From positions 840,001 through 872,000 of the forward strand of contig NC_020409.1 of assembly GCF_000341895.1 (NCBI RefSeq): a DNA stretch of 32,000 nucleotides, in the 5' to 3' direction. Source of the DNA: Pseudodesulfovibrio piezophilus C1TLV30 (GTDB taxonomy: Bacteria > Desulfobacterota > Desulfovibrionia > Desulfovibrionales > Desulfovibrionaceae). Both the position numbers and the translations under genes were made by a program. Below are positions 7,954 through 16,734 of this stretch, in pieces. The notes below the pieces were generated by a model that saw only the letters and a program-made list of their open reading frames with translations, did no database searches and had not been told where the DNA came from. The number at the start of each line of letters is the position of its first letter. Position 1 is the first letter of the stretch.

Positions 7954-8928
7954 CTACAACTTGATCAGCAACGCTGTAGCCAACAGATTTGCTGTAGCCA
8001 GCGGCAGAAGCCATTTCCAGTTGATGTTCAAAAGTTGGTCAAACCGAACCCGAGGGTAGGTCCAACGAACCCAGATCATGAAGGAAAGCAGAGCATATGT
8101 TTTGAGAAGCATCCACCACCATCCGTCAATACCGGGGATGGGACCATGAAAACCTCCCAAAAAGAGCACCGCACACACGGAGCTGATCACGACCATATAT
8201 CCGTACTCCGCCATGAAGAAGAGACCAAATCCCATGGACGAATATTCGGTATGAAAACCCGCAGTCAACTCGGACTCGGCCTCCGCCAGGTCAAAGGGAG
8301 CACGATTCGTTTCACCAAACATCGCCACAATGAAGATAATAAAAGCAAGAGGCTGTTTCCATATAAACCAGTTACCGATATGTCCGCTCTGCTGCGCTGT
8401 GATCTCGGACAGGTCCAGAGTCCCCGTCATGAATGAGATGGTCAAAACCACCAACAAAAGCGGAATTTCGTAGGCTACGGTCTGAGCTACTGCACGAGCC
8501 GCACCAAGCACACCCCACTTATTGTTTGAAGCCCAACCAGCCAGAATCACAGCTAATCCGTTGAAACTGGAAAATGCCAATATCAACAACAGACCAAGAT
8601 TCACCTTCATTCCAATGACCGAGGGACCATAGGGGATAGGCATAAAGAGGAGCAGAACCGGAATCATGGACAGAATCGGTGCCATCCAGAAAAGGATTGC
8701 ATCGGAATTATCCGGGGTCAGGAGCTGCTTCCCCATAAGCTTCAAGCCATCAATAAGAGGCTGAAGAATTCCATGGGGACCGACTTCAAAAGGACCGGGG
8801 CGGCGCTGGATATGTCCTGCGAATTTGCGTTCACAATAAACCAGCACCAGTGCATTGAGACCTAACCATACCATGGCCCCAATGGCACCTATGACCAAAG
8901 GTATCAAATGTTGTAAGAATGCGTTCAT
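7954..8928 (-). CDS. nuoH: NADH-quinone oxidoreductase subunit H
   Basis: 324-aa ORF. ERKFAGHIQRRPGPFEVGPHGILQPLIDGLKL and GETNRAPFDLAEAESELTAGFHTEYS are ND1/NuoH signatures. Confidence 0.9.
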   Translation of the reverse strand: MNAFLQHLIPLVIGAIGAMVWLGLNALVLVYCERKFAGHIQRRPGPFEVGPHGILQPLIDGLKLMGKQLLTPDNSDAILFWMAPILSMIPVLLLFMPIPYGPSVIGMKVNLGLLLILAFSSFNGLAVILAGWASNNKWGVLGAARAVAQTVAYEIPLLLVVLTISFMTGTLDLSEITAQQSGHIGNWFIWKQPLAFIIFIVAMFGETNRAPFDLAEAESELTAGFHTEYSSMGFGLFFMAEYGYMVVISSVCAVLFLGGFHGPIPGIDGWWWMLLKTYALLSFMIWVRWTYPRVRFDQLLNINWKWLLPLATANLLATALLIKL

Positions 8929-8937
8929 AGATCCACC

Positions 8938-10110
8938 CTACCTGTCGATTTCCGGGATAATCAGGTCAAGGCTGCCCAAAATGGCGACTGCATCAGCCAA
9001 GATGGTGCCTGTTGCCGCCTCGGCAAAAGCATGCATGTTGGAGAACCCCGGAGCGCGCAATTTGACGCGATAGGGAATCTTGCTTCCATCAGAGGCCACA
9101 TAGACACCGATCTTTCCACGACCACCTTCAACTGTGCAATAAGCTTCCCCTGCCGGTGGTTTCATGGAAGGCTTGGGAGCCTTGTCCATGATGTGTTTTC
9201 CTTCAGCCCCATCAAGTTGTTCCAATGCCTGCTCAATAATGCGCAGAGATTGTTCCATTTCCGCGACTCGGACATGATACCGGCCAGCCGAACACGCCGA
9301 CTGCTGTGTCGGGATATCAAAATCAAACCGATCATAAATGGAATACGGTTCGTCCTTGCGAACATCCGAACACACCCCTGCACCACGGAGGACAGGGCCG
9401 CTACAGCCGTAACGTTGGCACATATCCTTATCAATAATACCGACCCCTTCGATGCGTCGTCTGAGAATGAGATTCTCGGTGACAAGATCGTGATACATCG
9501 GCAACCGTTCCCGAAAATGCGGAATGAATGCCTTCATCAATTCAAGACATTTGTCATCGAAATCCATCTGCACGCCGCCAACCCGAAAGTTTGAATACGT
9601 CAAGCGGGAAGCCGATGGTCGTTGCAGGATATCAAGAATCATCTCACGATCATCAAACGCATACATAATCGGTGTAAACGCACCGAGATCGAGAATATAC
9701 GCCCCCCACCAGAGCAAATGTGAAGTAAGGCGGTTGAATTCGGTCATAATCACGCGCAGATATTCTGCGCGTTCCGGCACTTCAATGCCCATCAATTTTT
9801 CCACTGCGCCGACATAAGCCCAGTTCCATGCCATGGGGTGCCCATAATCGACACGGCCCATATTGGGGATAAAGCCTCCCCAGGTTTGTGTTTCGCCCAT
9901 TTTTTCATGCATGCGGTGCAGGTAACCCAGTACGGGTTCGGCGCGGACAATGTATTCGCCGTCAACCTCAATCACGATCCTCAGCACGCCGTGTGTCGAC
10001 GGGTGCTGCGGACCCATATTAATGATCAGGGTTCCGTCCTGCTTTCCGGCCTCGAACTTGCGGGTGTAGAAATCACCCGCCATCTGTTCCATATTTTGGT
10101 AAGCCGACAT
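8938..10110 (-). CDS. nuoD: NADH-quinone oxidoreductase subunit D (49-kDa type)
   Basis: 390-aa ORF. It has NMGPQHPSTHGVLR near the N-terminus and ends LDLIIPEIDR. There are no NiFe-binding CxxC pairs, so it is Nuo-type rather than a hydrogenase large subunit. Confidence 0.9.
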   Translation of the reverse strand: MSAYQNMEQMAGDFYTRKFEAGKQDGTLIINMGPQHPSTHGVLRIVIEVDGEYIVRAEPVLGYLHRMHEKMGETQTWGGFIPNMGRVDYGHPMAWNWAYVGAVEKLMGIEVPERAEYLRVIMTEFNRLTSHLLWWGAYILDLGAFTPIMYAFDDREMILDILQRPSASRLTYSNFRVGGVQMDFDDKCLELMKAFIPHFRERLPMYHDLVTENLILRRRIEGVGIIDKDMCQRYGCSGPVLRGAGVCSDVRKDEPYSIYDRFDFDIPTQQSACSAGRYHVRVAEMEQSLRIIEQALEQLDGAEGKHIMDKAPKPSMKPPAGEAYCTVEGGRGKIGVYVASDGSKIPYRVKLRAPGFSNMHAFAEAATGTILADAVAILGSLDLIIPEIDR

Positions 10111-10151
10111 AAACTTTTAGTCCGGTTTATATACCGACCGGTGGCCCCGGC

Positions 10152-10679
10152 CTACGCATCAGAGGCGTCCTCGGCCTCTGCTTCCGCAAACAATTCTTCA
10201 ATTTCCCTGGTACACGAGATAATCTCGCCAAGGTTCAGGAGATCCTTGATGGATTGACGCACCTTCGCAGTCTTGACGAGTGGATGAACATCCACAGCCT
10301 CGGCAGGCATCAACAACGGCACGAGATTCGGATTGCCTTCGAAGTGAATTCCGTGAAAGTCACGGACTTCCCGCTCGTGCCATTCTGCCCCCTGAAAAAC
10401 CCCTGCTATGGAAGGCAGCGAGGGAGTCGCTCCGGAGACCAGCACACGCAATGTCACCCGCTCGTCAACGGTCCATCGGTTGAAGTGATAGAGCACTAAA
10501 AAGCCCTCTTCAAAGTCCAATGCCAGGACATCTTCGAGGGCATACTCGGCCTCATACAGTTTCTGCGCTGCCTTGAGGATTTGATTCGGAGCAAGAAAAA
10601 TCGACCAGACATGTCCTGTCGTTTCCCTATCCTGCATTGACACACATTGTGTCGGGATATCTGCAAGTACTTGTAACAT
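10152..10679 (-). CDS. nuoC: NADH-quinone oxidoreductase subunit C (30-kDa type)
   Basis: 175-aa ORF with the motif FQGAEWHEREVRDFHGIHFEGNPN. It has an acidic C-terminal tail and lies between nuoB and nuoD. Confidence 0.85.
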   Translation of the reverse strand: MLQVLADIPTQCVSMQDRETTGHVWSIFLAPNQILKAAQKLYEAEYALEDVLALDFEEGFLVLYHFNRWTVDERVTLRVLVSGATPSLPSIAGVFQGAEWHEREVRDFHGIHFEGNPNLVPLLMPAEAVDVHPLVKTAKVRQSIKDLLNLGEIISCTREIEELFAEAEAEDASDA

Positions 10680-10682
10680 GAC

Positions 10683-11228
10683 TTACCCCTCCACCTTGGC
10701 AGCCACAGGCCACCAACGCTTTCCGGTAATCAGCCGCTGCAATTGGAAGAATCCCTCCAGAAGTCCTTCCGGTCTCGGCGGACAGCCCGGGACATACACG
10801 TCAACAGGAATGAGTGTATCCACTCCCTCAATCACGTTATAATTGTCCTTTATTTTGAACGGGCCACCAGAAATGGCACAGTTCCCCATTGCAATAACCC
10901 ACTTGGGACCAGGCATCTGCTCATATAAGCGGACAACCGCCGGTGCCATCTTCTTGGTGACAGTTCCGGCAACGATCATCACATCTGATTGACGCGGCGA
11001 TGGCCGAAAGACTTCGGCCCCGAAACGCGCCATATCAAAACGGGCCATCCCTGTTGCCATCATTTCGATGGCACAGCACGCCAGGCCGAAGGTCATGGGC
11101 CATAGGGACATGGAGCGGCAGACATCAAAAATATCCTGCGCCAGCTGAACATTGACGATAGGCGGGTCCAGGCGGTGATGCCCGGCCGTCAAATAATCAT
11201 TGGGAACTACTGAATCCTGCGCGGCCAT
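10683..11228 (-). CDS. nuoB: NADH-quinone oxidoreductase subunit B (PSST, N2 cluster)
   Basis: Lies within ORF 10683..11249. The start was trimmed to ATG at 11228, which has AAGGGG 7 nt upstream. Cluster N2 ligand motifs are present: [22 protein letters not shown] and VPGCPPRPE. It overlaps the nuoA 3' end by 22 nt. Confidence 0.9.
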   Translation of the reverse strand: MAAQDSVVPNDYLTAGHHRLDPPIVNVQLAQDIFDVCRSMSLWPMTFGLACCAIEMMATGMARFDMARFGAEVFRPSPRQSDVMIVAGTVTKKMAPAVVRLYEQMPGPKWVIAMGNCAISGGPFKIKDNYNVIEGVDTLIPVDVYVPGCPPRPEGLLEGFFQLQRLITGKRWWPVAAKVEG

Positions 11229-11584
11229 GTAAACACCCCTTTCGCCCAAAAATAGACGACGGAAAGAATAAGGAATGACAGAAAGATGAAAACCTTTACA
11301 AAGGGAATCCAGCCCGCAGCGTCAGTATACGCCGTGGAAACGGGAAACAGATAAAGGACATCCACGTCAAAGGCGAGGAAGATCAGGGCATATACATAAT
11401 ACGATACCCCCCATCGTGCCCATGAGCTGCCGTAAGGGACCATACCGCATTCATACGGCATTCCAATGTCCCCTCCCCGAGCTTTCGGGGCAAACAGCGC
11501 GGCCAAAATCAACGGCCCGCAGGCAAAAAGAAGCCCAGCGAGCAAAAAAAGAATCATTGCAAAGTGCAGCCAGCTAAAAACCAT
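11207..11584 (-). CDS. nuoA: NADH-quinone oxidoreductase subunit A
   Basis: Lies within ORF 11207..11590, whose first codon is TTG. ATG at 11584 has AAGGA 7 nt upstream. The 3-TM ND3-like protein carries PYECGM and [13 protein letters not shown]. Confidence 0.85.
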   Translation of the reverse strand: MVFSWLHFAMILFLLAGLLFACGPLILAALFAPKARGGDIGMPYECGMVPYGSSWARWGVSYYVYALIFLAFDVDVLYLFPVSTAYTDAAGWIPFVKVFIFLSFLILSVVYFWAKGVFTWPRRIQ

Positions 11585-11749
11585 ACCCAAGTCCTTTGGC
11601 AGTAATTTTGCTACGCCCTCATAGGTAAAACTTACTCCTAGAGGTTACTGCCCCTCATGCCTTTTTAAAAGGACCAAGTCAAGTACATCGCTCTTTTTTT
11701 CTCTAATGTCCGACCTTCTAAGTCTGCTTTTTCATTCACTCTGCTTTGC

Positions 11750-11769
11750 GTCTAGAGTAAGTCTAGAGT
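11750..11769. promoter_or_regulatory. Tandem direct repeat GTCTAGAGT-aa-GTCTAGAGT (11-bp phasing) upstream of nuoA; candidate regulator binding site
   Basis: Exact 9-bp repeat at 11750-11758 and 11761-11769, each containing the palindrome TCTAGA. It lies about 165-185 nt upstream of the nuoA start, in the 320-bp intergenic region. Confidence 0.25.
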
Positions 11770-11841
11770 CTTGCAACCCCCGAAAACCCTACACTCCCGA
11801 GCTACGCCATCCATGTACTTAATTTCACACAACCCACCAAT

Positions 11842-11870
11842 AAAAAAAGCGCCCCGTATACACGAGGCAC
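11842..11870 (-). terminator. Rho-independent terminator of the REC-PAS-GGDEF gene
   Basis: The minus strand reads GUGCCUCG-UGUAUA-CGGGGCGC followed by UUUUUUU. The two G-U wobble pairs form only in the minus-strand RNA. It lies 36 nt downstream of the stop at 11906. Confidence 0.65.
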
Positions 11871-11905
11871 TTTAAAATGGTGACAATCCGGTTATGATTT
11901 AATGG

Positions 11906-13243
11906 CTATTTCGGGACGCCACAATCCTTGAAAGTGCCAAATCTGACACCACCGCGTTTTTTAGCCCCATACATGGCTGCATCTGCCCGGCTGATCAAGG
12001 TAACGCAATCCTTGCCATCATCCGGATAATAGCTGATCCCGACGGTCGCACCGACCTTGATGGATTCTCCCTGAATGATAAATGGCGAATCCATCACCTC
12101 AAGAAGATTGCCGGAGACGAATACTGCGGACTCAGGATCTTCCAGGTTAGTCAGAAGAACTCCGAACTCATCGCCCCCCAAACGCGCAAGTGTGTCGGTT
12201 TCACGGGTTCTGCGCATCAATCGCTCGGCCACCATACGTAACAGTTCATCCCCTGTTTGATGTCCATAGGTGTCGTTGACCCGTTTAAAATCGTTGAGAT
12301 CGACAAAGAGAACAGCGACCTTGGTTCCGTACCGTTTTGCATGAGCCAGGGCGTGTTCCGCTCTGTCAAAAAAGAGATGACGATTGGGCACCCCCGTCAG
12401 ACTGTCGACTGTGGCAAGGTGCTTCAATTCCATTTCATTCAACTTACGCTTAGTGACGTCTTCCAAAACACCTTCGATGAACTCCGTCTCTTTTCCTTCC
12501 AGGGTAACCAGCCGGGAACTTTCGGAGCACCAAATAATTTCACCATCTTTTTTTCTGGCGCGAAATTCAAAATTGGAAACAAAGCCATCCCTTTTGAGAA
12601 CCTTGATATATTCTTCGCGTTCATCAGCATCAATCATGAGATGTTGCCGCATGGCTTCGACACCAACCATTTCATCCGCAGAGTCGTATCCGAATAATCG
12701 GACCATCGCCGGATTCACCTCGGAAAGCACGCCTGTGACCGTAGCCTGAAAAATACCTTCTACAGCACGCTCAAAGATTGATCTGTATTTTTCCTCGGCA
12801 ACCCCTAAGGCGTGTTCTGACTTTCTGCGTTGATCAATCTCCCGTTCAAGTAACATTTTCTGCTCATTGAGCTGAAGAAAAACCTGAACTTTGCTTTTGA
12901 GGGTCTCGACATCAACTGGTCGAAATAGATAATCAACAGCTCCGGTTTCATATCCCTGCCTGACATTGTCCTCATCCTGAAAAATGGCTGTGATGAAAAT
13001 GATCGGGACATGCCTCCCCTTATCAAATTCCTTGATCTTCAAGGCGGTCTCATAACCGTTCATGCCCGGCATCTGGATATCCAGTAAAATCAGGGCAAAA
13101 TTGGTATGTCTCACCAACTCTATCGCTTCGATCCCGCTCTTTGCCTGGACAATATCGCACCCTTCCTGAGCCAGCATATGGTTCAGCAGGGCAAGATTGG
13201 TCTGCGAGTCATCAACTATGAGAACCTTTTGCATCTGTGTCAT
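11906..13243 (-). CDS. Response regulator with REC, PAS and GGDEF (diguanylate cyclase) domains
   Basis: REC domain: VLIVDDSQTNL...ILLDIQMPGMNGYE...PIIFITA. A coiled-coil linker and PAS domain follow (KYRSIFERAVEGIFQ). GGDEF domain: DSLTGVPNRHLF...RLGGDEFGVLL. The track start at 13246 is GTG, and I prefer the adjacent ATG at 13243. Confidence 0.85.
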   Translation of the reverse strand: MTQMQKVLIVDDSQTNLALLNHMLAQEGCDIVQAKSGIEAIELVRHTNFALILLDIQMPGMNGYETALKIKEFDKGRHVPIIFITAIFQDEDNVRQGYETGAVDYLFRPVDVETLKSKVQVFLQLNEQKMLLEREIDQRRKSEHALGVAEEKYRSIFERAVEGIFQATVTGVLSEVNPAMVRLFGYDSADEMVGVEAMRQHLMIDADEREEYIKVLKRDGFVSNFEFRARKKDGEIIWCSESSRLVTLEGKETEFIEGVLEDVTKRKLNEMELKHLATVDSLTGVPNRHLFFDRAEHALAHAKRYGTKVAVLFVDLNDFKRVNDTYGHQTGDELLRMVAERLMRRTRETDTLARLGGDEFGVLLTNLEDPESAVFVSGNLLEVMDSPFIIQGESIKVGATVGISYYPDDGKDCVTLISRADAAMYGAKKRGGVRFGTFKDCGVPK

Positions 13244-13260
13244 CACGCCACCTCATCACC

Positions 13261-13959
13261 CTAAGCCGTTGGGACATGTATTGGTTCGAGCCTCACGCCA
13301 CCATCTTCGTGAGGTGTCGCTTTCAACACGAAATCAAATCGATCAAGGGCCATGCACAATTCAAAATCCCTCTCCGGAGCAAACTCCTTGCTGGGATCGA
13401 AAAACTTTTCAGCACTATCCACACCTTCCAGAAACGTTTTCAGCGTTTCGAAACTGTTCGGATACCCTTCCAATTCATTTTTCAAATACATAGCACACAT
13501 CATATCTTCCTGCGCTCTCATCACCCCGCCGGAGCCCATGGCAACCAGGGTTACAACATCCGGTTTTCTCGCTTTGATATATTCCACCAGCGCTGAAGCA
13601 TTGACAAAAGCGCCAGTAAGAACTTCATCGGCATCAGCAACACCCACTAATCCCTGTGTCCCGGCACTGGTGGTATGAATCATTGTCCTGCCGGTAAAAT
13701 CAACATGCTCGATTTCAGCAGGAGAATTACCATAATCGAACCCTTCTATGCGAACACAATCCCTTTCTCCGACGAGAATACCGTTTGTCTCTGCTGCCAG
13801 ATTTCTTGCAAGCTCGACATCACCAACGGCAAGGTAATCCGTAGCACCATTTTCCACGGCATAACAGGCCAGAGAAAAAGCCCTGAAGACATCAATGATG
13901 ACCACCAACCCTTTTGCCCGGCGAACTCCCCCAAAACACTCAACAACATTGACAACCAT
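13261..13959 (-). CDS. 2-phosphosulfolactate phosphatase (ComB) family protein
   Basis: 232 aa. Motifs match the ComB-family pattern from memory: VVIIDVFRAFS, GERDCVRIEGFDYGNSPAE, TTSAGTQ and AQEDMMCAMYL. The physiological substrate in bacteria is unknown. Confidence 0.7.
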   Translation of the reverse strand: MVVNVVECFGGVRRAKGLVVIIDVFRAFSLACYAVENGATDYLAVGDVELARNLAAETNGILVGERDCVRIEGFDYGNSPAEIEHVDFTGRTMIHTTSAGTQGLVGVADADEVLTGAFVNASALVEYIKARKPDVVTLVAMGSGGVMRAQEDMMCAMYLKNELEGYPNSFETLKTFLEGVDSAEKFFDPSKEFAPERDFELCMALDRFDFVLKATPHEDGGVRLEPIHVPTA

Positions 13960-14119
13960 TTATATAACCTACGTAGATAAAATTTATAGTCTACGTCTCA
14001 CGCTCCCGGTGCGACGTCAACCGTTTGCAGCCTTTTCCTTTCACCATTCACAACCAGTTGTATTGGTATAAATACATCTTTTCAATCATTCCGAGTACAG
14101 AATCATTCTTCACAGTATA

Positions 14120-14148
14120 TTGACAAAACGAAACATTTTTGCAAATTC
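14120..14148 (+). promoter_or_regulatory. Candidate sigma70-type promoter for the UDP-glucuronate decarboxylase gene
   Basis: TTGACA lies at 14120-14125, followed after a 16-17 bp spacer by a weak -10 (CAAATT/AAATTC) with an upstream TG. This would place the transcription start at or next to the ATG at 14155. No Shine-Dalgarno sequence is visible. Confidence 0.3.
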
Positions 14149-14154
14149 ACCATC

Positions 14155-15105
14155 ATGAAGAAAAAACGTGTTCTCGTCACTGGTGGTTCGGGTTTCCTCG
14201 GTTCCCACATCTGCGAACGCCTTCTCTCCATGGGCAGGGAAGTCATATGCGTTGACAATTTTTTTACAGGCAGAAAGGAGAATATTCTCCACCTCATGGG
14301 CAATCCTTATTTTGAGATAATCCGACATGATGTAACTTTTCCGCTCTACATTGAAGTGGATGAAATCTACAACCTTGCATGCCCGGCATCTCCAGTACAC
14401 TACCAATACGATCCGGTACAGACCACCAAGACCAGCGTTCACGGAGCCATCAATATGCTTGGCCTGGCAAAACGCATCAAGGCCAAAATTTTTCAGGCTT
14501 CGACAAGTGAAGTTTATGGCGACCCTGAAATACACCCTCAAACCGAAGACTATTGGGGCAACGTCAACCCTATAGGGGTCCGCTCCTGCTACGATGAAGG
14601 CAAACGTTGTGCTGAAACCCTCTTCTTCGATTATAATCGACAACACAATCTACGAATCAAAGTGGGCCGCATCTTTAATACCTACGGTCCCAGAATGGCT
14701 ATGGACGACGGTCGTGTGATTTCAAACTTCGTAGTCCAGGCTCTGCGCGGACAGGATATTACCATCTATGGCAAAGGAGAACAGACTCGCAGCTTTTGCT
14801 ATGTCGATGATCTTGTCGATGGCATCATTGGATTCATGGAGAAAACCCCGGACACTTTCACGGGGCCGATGAACCTCGGTAATCCTGGTGAATTCACGAT
14901 TCTCGAACTGGCACAAACCATCACTAACATGGTTGGAAGCCAATCCAGAATCATCCACAAAGATCTTCCAGCTGACGATCCCATGCAACGCAAACCAGAC
15001 ATTTCGTTGGCTCAAAAAAACATACACTGGAATCCGCAGATCACACTTCGAGAAGGACTCACTAAAACCATTGAATATTTCGACACCTATTTGAAAAACC
15101 TTTAG
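14155..15105 (+). CDS. uxs: UDP-glucuronate decarboxylase (UDP-xylose synthase-type SDR)
   Basis: 316 aa. Motifs [51 protein letters not shown] and YDEGKRCAE are characteristic of the UXS/ArnA-decarboxylase clade of extended SDRs. Confidence 0.88.
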   Translation: MKKKRVLVTGGSGFLGSHICERLLSMGREVICVDNFFTGRKENILHLMGNPYFEIIRHDVTFPLYIEVDEIYNLACPASPVHYQYDPVQTTKTSVHGAINMLGLAKRIKAKIFQASTSEVYGDPEIHPQTEDYWGNVNPIGVRSCYDEGKRCAETLFFDYNRQHNLRIKVGRIFNTYGPRMAMDDGRVISNFVVQALRGQDITIYGKGEQTRSFCYVDDLVDGIIGFMEKTPDTFTGPMNLGNPGEFTILELAQTITNMVGSQSRIIHKDLPADDPMQRKPDISLAQKNIHWNPQITLREGLTKTIEYFDTYLKNL

Positions 15106-15115
15106 ACATAAAAAA

Positions 15116-15136
15116 GCCGTTTCAGAAAGAAACGGC
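15116..15136. repeat. Left copy of the 21-bp target-site duplication (terminator hairpin GCCGTTTC-AGAAA-GAAACGGC)
   Basis: Identical to 16714-16734. It is preceded by an A-tract at 15110-15115. Confidence 0.75.
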
Positions 15137-16713
15137 TTCAGATCGCTGACAAACCCCACTTTTTTTTGAAAGTGGGGTTTTCTCATGCTTCGATTTTTTA
15201 TCACGTCGCCAAAAGGTTGTTTTGTTGGGTTGTTGTCGTGAAAGAACCACCTGAAAGGGCTCTTAAGCGGAAATGACGTAAAAATGATGACAATATTGCA
15301 TGCAAAATGCCTGTTGGAACCAGCATCATAGCCATTTTCTTCATATTCTGGCAGGCGGAGGAAAGCAGACTTTGCTCTTGCACTTTAGACAAGCCTCGGA
15401 AGCGGGCATAGCGATGCCCATGCAATTCTTTCGCATCGGCAAAGCTGCGTTCAACGGTCTCTTTTCGCCGGACGTAAACCCGCTTTCCATACTCGCTGAG
15501 GCGGTGCTGATCGATCAAGTCTTTATGGTTCTGCCAAACATGCCGACTGATTGTCTTTTTGTGAGTTCTGCTCGTCGTACATTCTCCAAGTCGTCGACAG
15601 GATTGACACTGTTCTGGCGAAGAAGCGTACTGTCGATACCCTTCTCGGTTCGTTGTCACATAGTGAAGTTTTTGACCTTCTGGGCAGATATAACAATCGG
15701 TTTCAGGCTGGTATTGGTACAGTCGTTTGGGGAGCATTCCTTTGCGACGAGGTGGCCGACGATAGCCAATGACGCCATAAATATCTTTTTCTATCAGCGC
15801 CTTGCATATATGTGGTGTGAAATATCCGGCATCAAGTCCTACGTTTTTCACTGAAAAATCGAACCGATCAATCTGCCTTTCTAGCCTTTCCAGATACGGC
15901 ACGCTATCGTGCAAGGCCGCCGAGGTCACATGGCTGTCGGTGATAATGTTGCAGCGGCTGTCTACCGTGCGATGATCCAGATAAAAGAAGCCTTTGGGCT
16001 TACCTTCTCGGACCATATAACCGCTTTCAGGGTCGGTCGTACTTTGCTTGATCTGCTTTTCTTCAGGCTCGACAGATCGTACTTTTAGCGGCTTTTTGCC
16101 ATGCTCACGTCGATCTTCCTCCACGGCTTCATCGAGTTCGCCGAGGTAGGATTTTGTGCTTTTACTGACCTGCTTTTCCTTGTATTTATTCTTGTTCGCA
16201 TTGGCCTTGAGATGAGTTGAGTCGGTGTAAAGCGTATGCCCACCAACAAGATTCTTGTGCATGGCCTGAACTACGATCCCATCAAAAATGTCTTGGGCAA
16301 CGCTGGTTCCATTAAACCTGCGCCGCCTGTTCTGGCTGAGGGTCGAGGCATTGGGAATCTTGTCCTGCAAGCCAAATCCGAGGAACCATCGATAAGCCAT
16401 GTTGACCTCGATCTCTCTCACGAGTTGTCGCTCGCTACGGATTCCGAACAGGTAGCCAATAAACAGCATTTTGAAGAGCACTACCGGGTCAATGGCTGGT
16501 CGTCCATTGTCTTCGCAGTACAGCTCCTTGGTGCGTTTGCGGATGAAGGAAAAGTCTATGACTTTGGCAATTTTTCGAAGAAGATGGTTTTGTGGGACCA
16601 GGTCATTGATCGAAACAAACTCCATCTTTACTTGTTGGTCTTTAGGCGTTTTCAGCATAAAAACAGTATAAGAAAACCCTCGCCAAAAGGCGAGGGTTTG
16701 TCAGCAGTCTGAA
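15137..16713 (-). mobile_element. IS1182-family insertion sequence (~1.58 kb)
   Basis: Imperfect terminal inverted repeats: TTCAGATCGCTGACAAACCC (15137-15156) versus the reverse complement of GGGTTTGTCAGCAGTCTGAA (16694-16713), matching 18 of 20. There is one transposase ORF, subterminal hairpins at both ends, and a flanking 21-bp direct duplication. Confidence 0.78.
15201..16658 (-). CDS. IS1182-family DDE transposase
   Basis: 485 aa. The InsH-N-type N-terminus reads LVPQNHLLRKIAKVIDFSFIR...GRPAIDPVVLFKMLFIGYLFGIRSERQLVREIEVNMAYRWFLGF...LSQNRRRRF. The C-terminus reads FADAKELHGHRYARFRGLSKVQEQSLLSSACQNMKKMA. Confidence 0.85.
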   Translation of the reverse strand: MLKTPKDQQVKMEFVSINDLVPQNHLLRKIAKVIDFSFIRKRTKELYCEDNGRPAIDPVVLFKMLFIGYLFGIRSERQLVREIEVNMAYRWFLGFGLQDKIPNASTLSQNRRRRFNGTSVAQDIFDGIVVQAMHKNLVGGHTLYTDSTHLKANANKNKYKEKQVSKSTKSYLGELDEAVEEDRREHGKKPLKVRSVEPEEKQIKQSTTDPESGYMVREGKPKGFFYLDHRTVDSRCNIITDSHVTSAALHDSVPYLERLERQIDRFDFSVKNVGLDAGYFTPHICKALIEKDIYGVIGYRRPPRRKGMLPKRLYQYQPETDCYICPEGQKLHYVTTNREGYRQYASSPEQCQSCRRLGECTTSRTHKKTISRHVWQNHKDLIDQHRLSEYGKRVYVRRKETVERSFADAKELHGHRYARFRGLSKVQEQSLLSSACQNMKKMAMMLVPTGILHAILSSFLRHFRLRALSGGSFTTTTQQNNLLAT

Positions 16714-16734
16714 GCCGTTTCAGAAAGAAACGGC
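16714..16734. repeat. Right copy of the 21-bp target-site duplication (terminator hairpin)
   Basis: Identical to 15116-15136. It is followed by a T-tract at 16735-16740. Confidence 0.75.

Noticed and set aside
8938-11228. Considered whether the cluster is an Ech/Mbh/Mbx-type energy-converting hydrogenase or sulfane reductase rather than complex I, given the Mrp-like subunits.
   Set aside because: The NuoD homolog lacks both N-terminal (RxCGxC) and C-terminal (DPCxxC) NiFe-binding cysteine pairs and ends in the Nuo-type EIDR. Dedicated NuoA, NuoJ, NuoM and NuoN homologs are present in canonical order. Complex-I-like assignment is better supported.
13971-13996. Inverted repeat ACGTAGA-N12-TCTACGT just upstream of the ComB-family gene start.
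   Set aside because: It is a short 7-bp arm in AT-rich intergenic DNA and could easily occur by chance. It might be an operator or a 5'-UTR hairpin, but nothing else supports this.
14110-14646. 178-aa minus-strand ORF overlapping the 5' half of the UDP-glucuronate decarboxylase gene.
   Set aside because: It is antisense to a gene with unmistakable SDR motifs. It has no RBS and no recognisable features.
15300-16712. Plus-strand ORFs of 184 aa and 158 aa inside the IS element, considered as a possible second IS gene or antisense regulator.
   Set aside because: Both lie fully antisense within the single transposase ORF, and IS1182-family elements encode one transposase. There is no RBS or motif support. 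An antisense RNA cannot be excluded, but the sequence alone does not show one.
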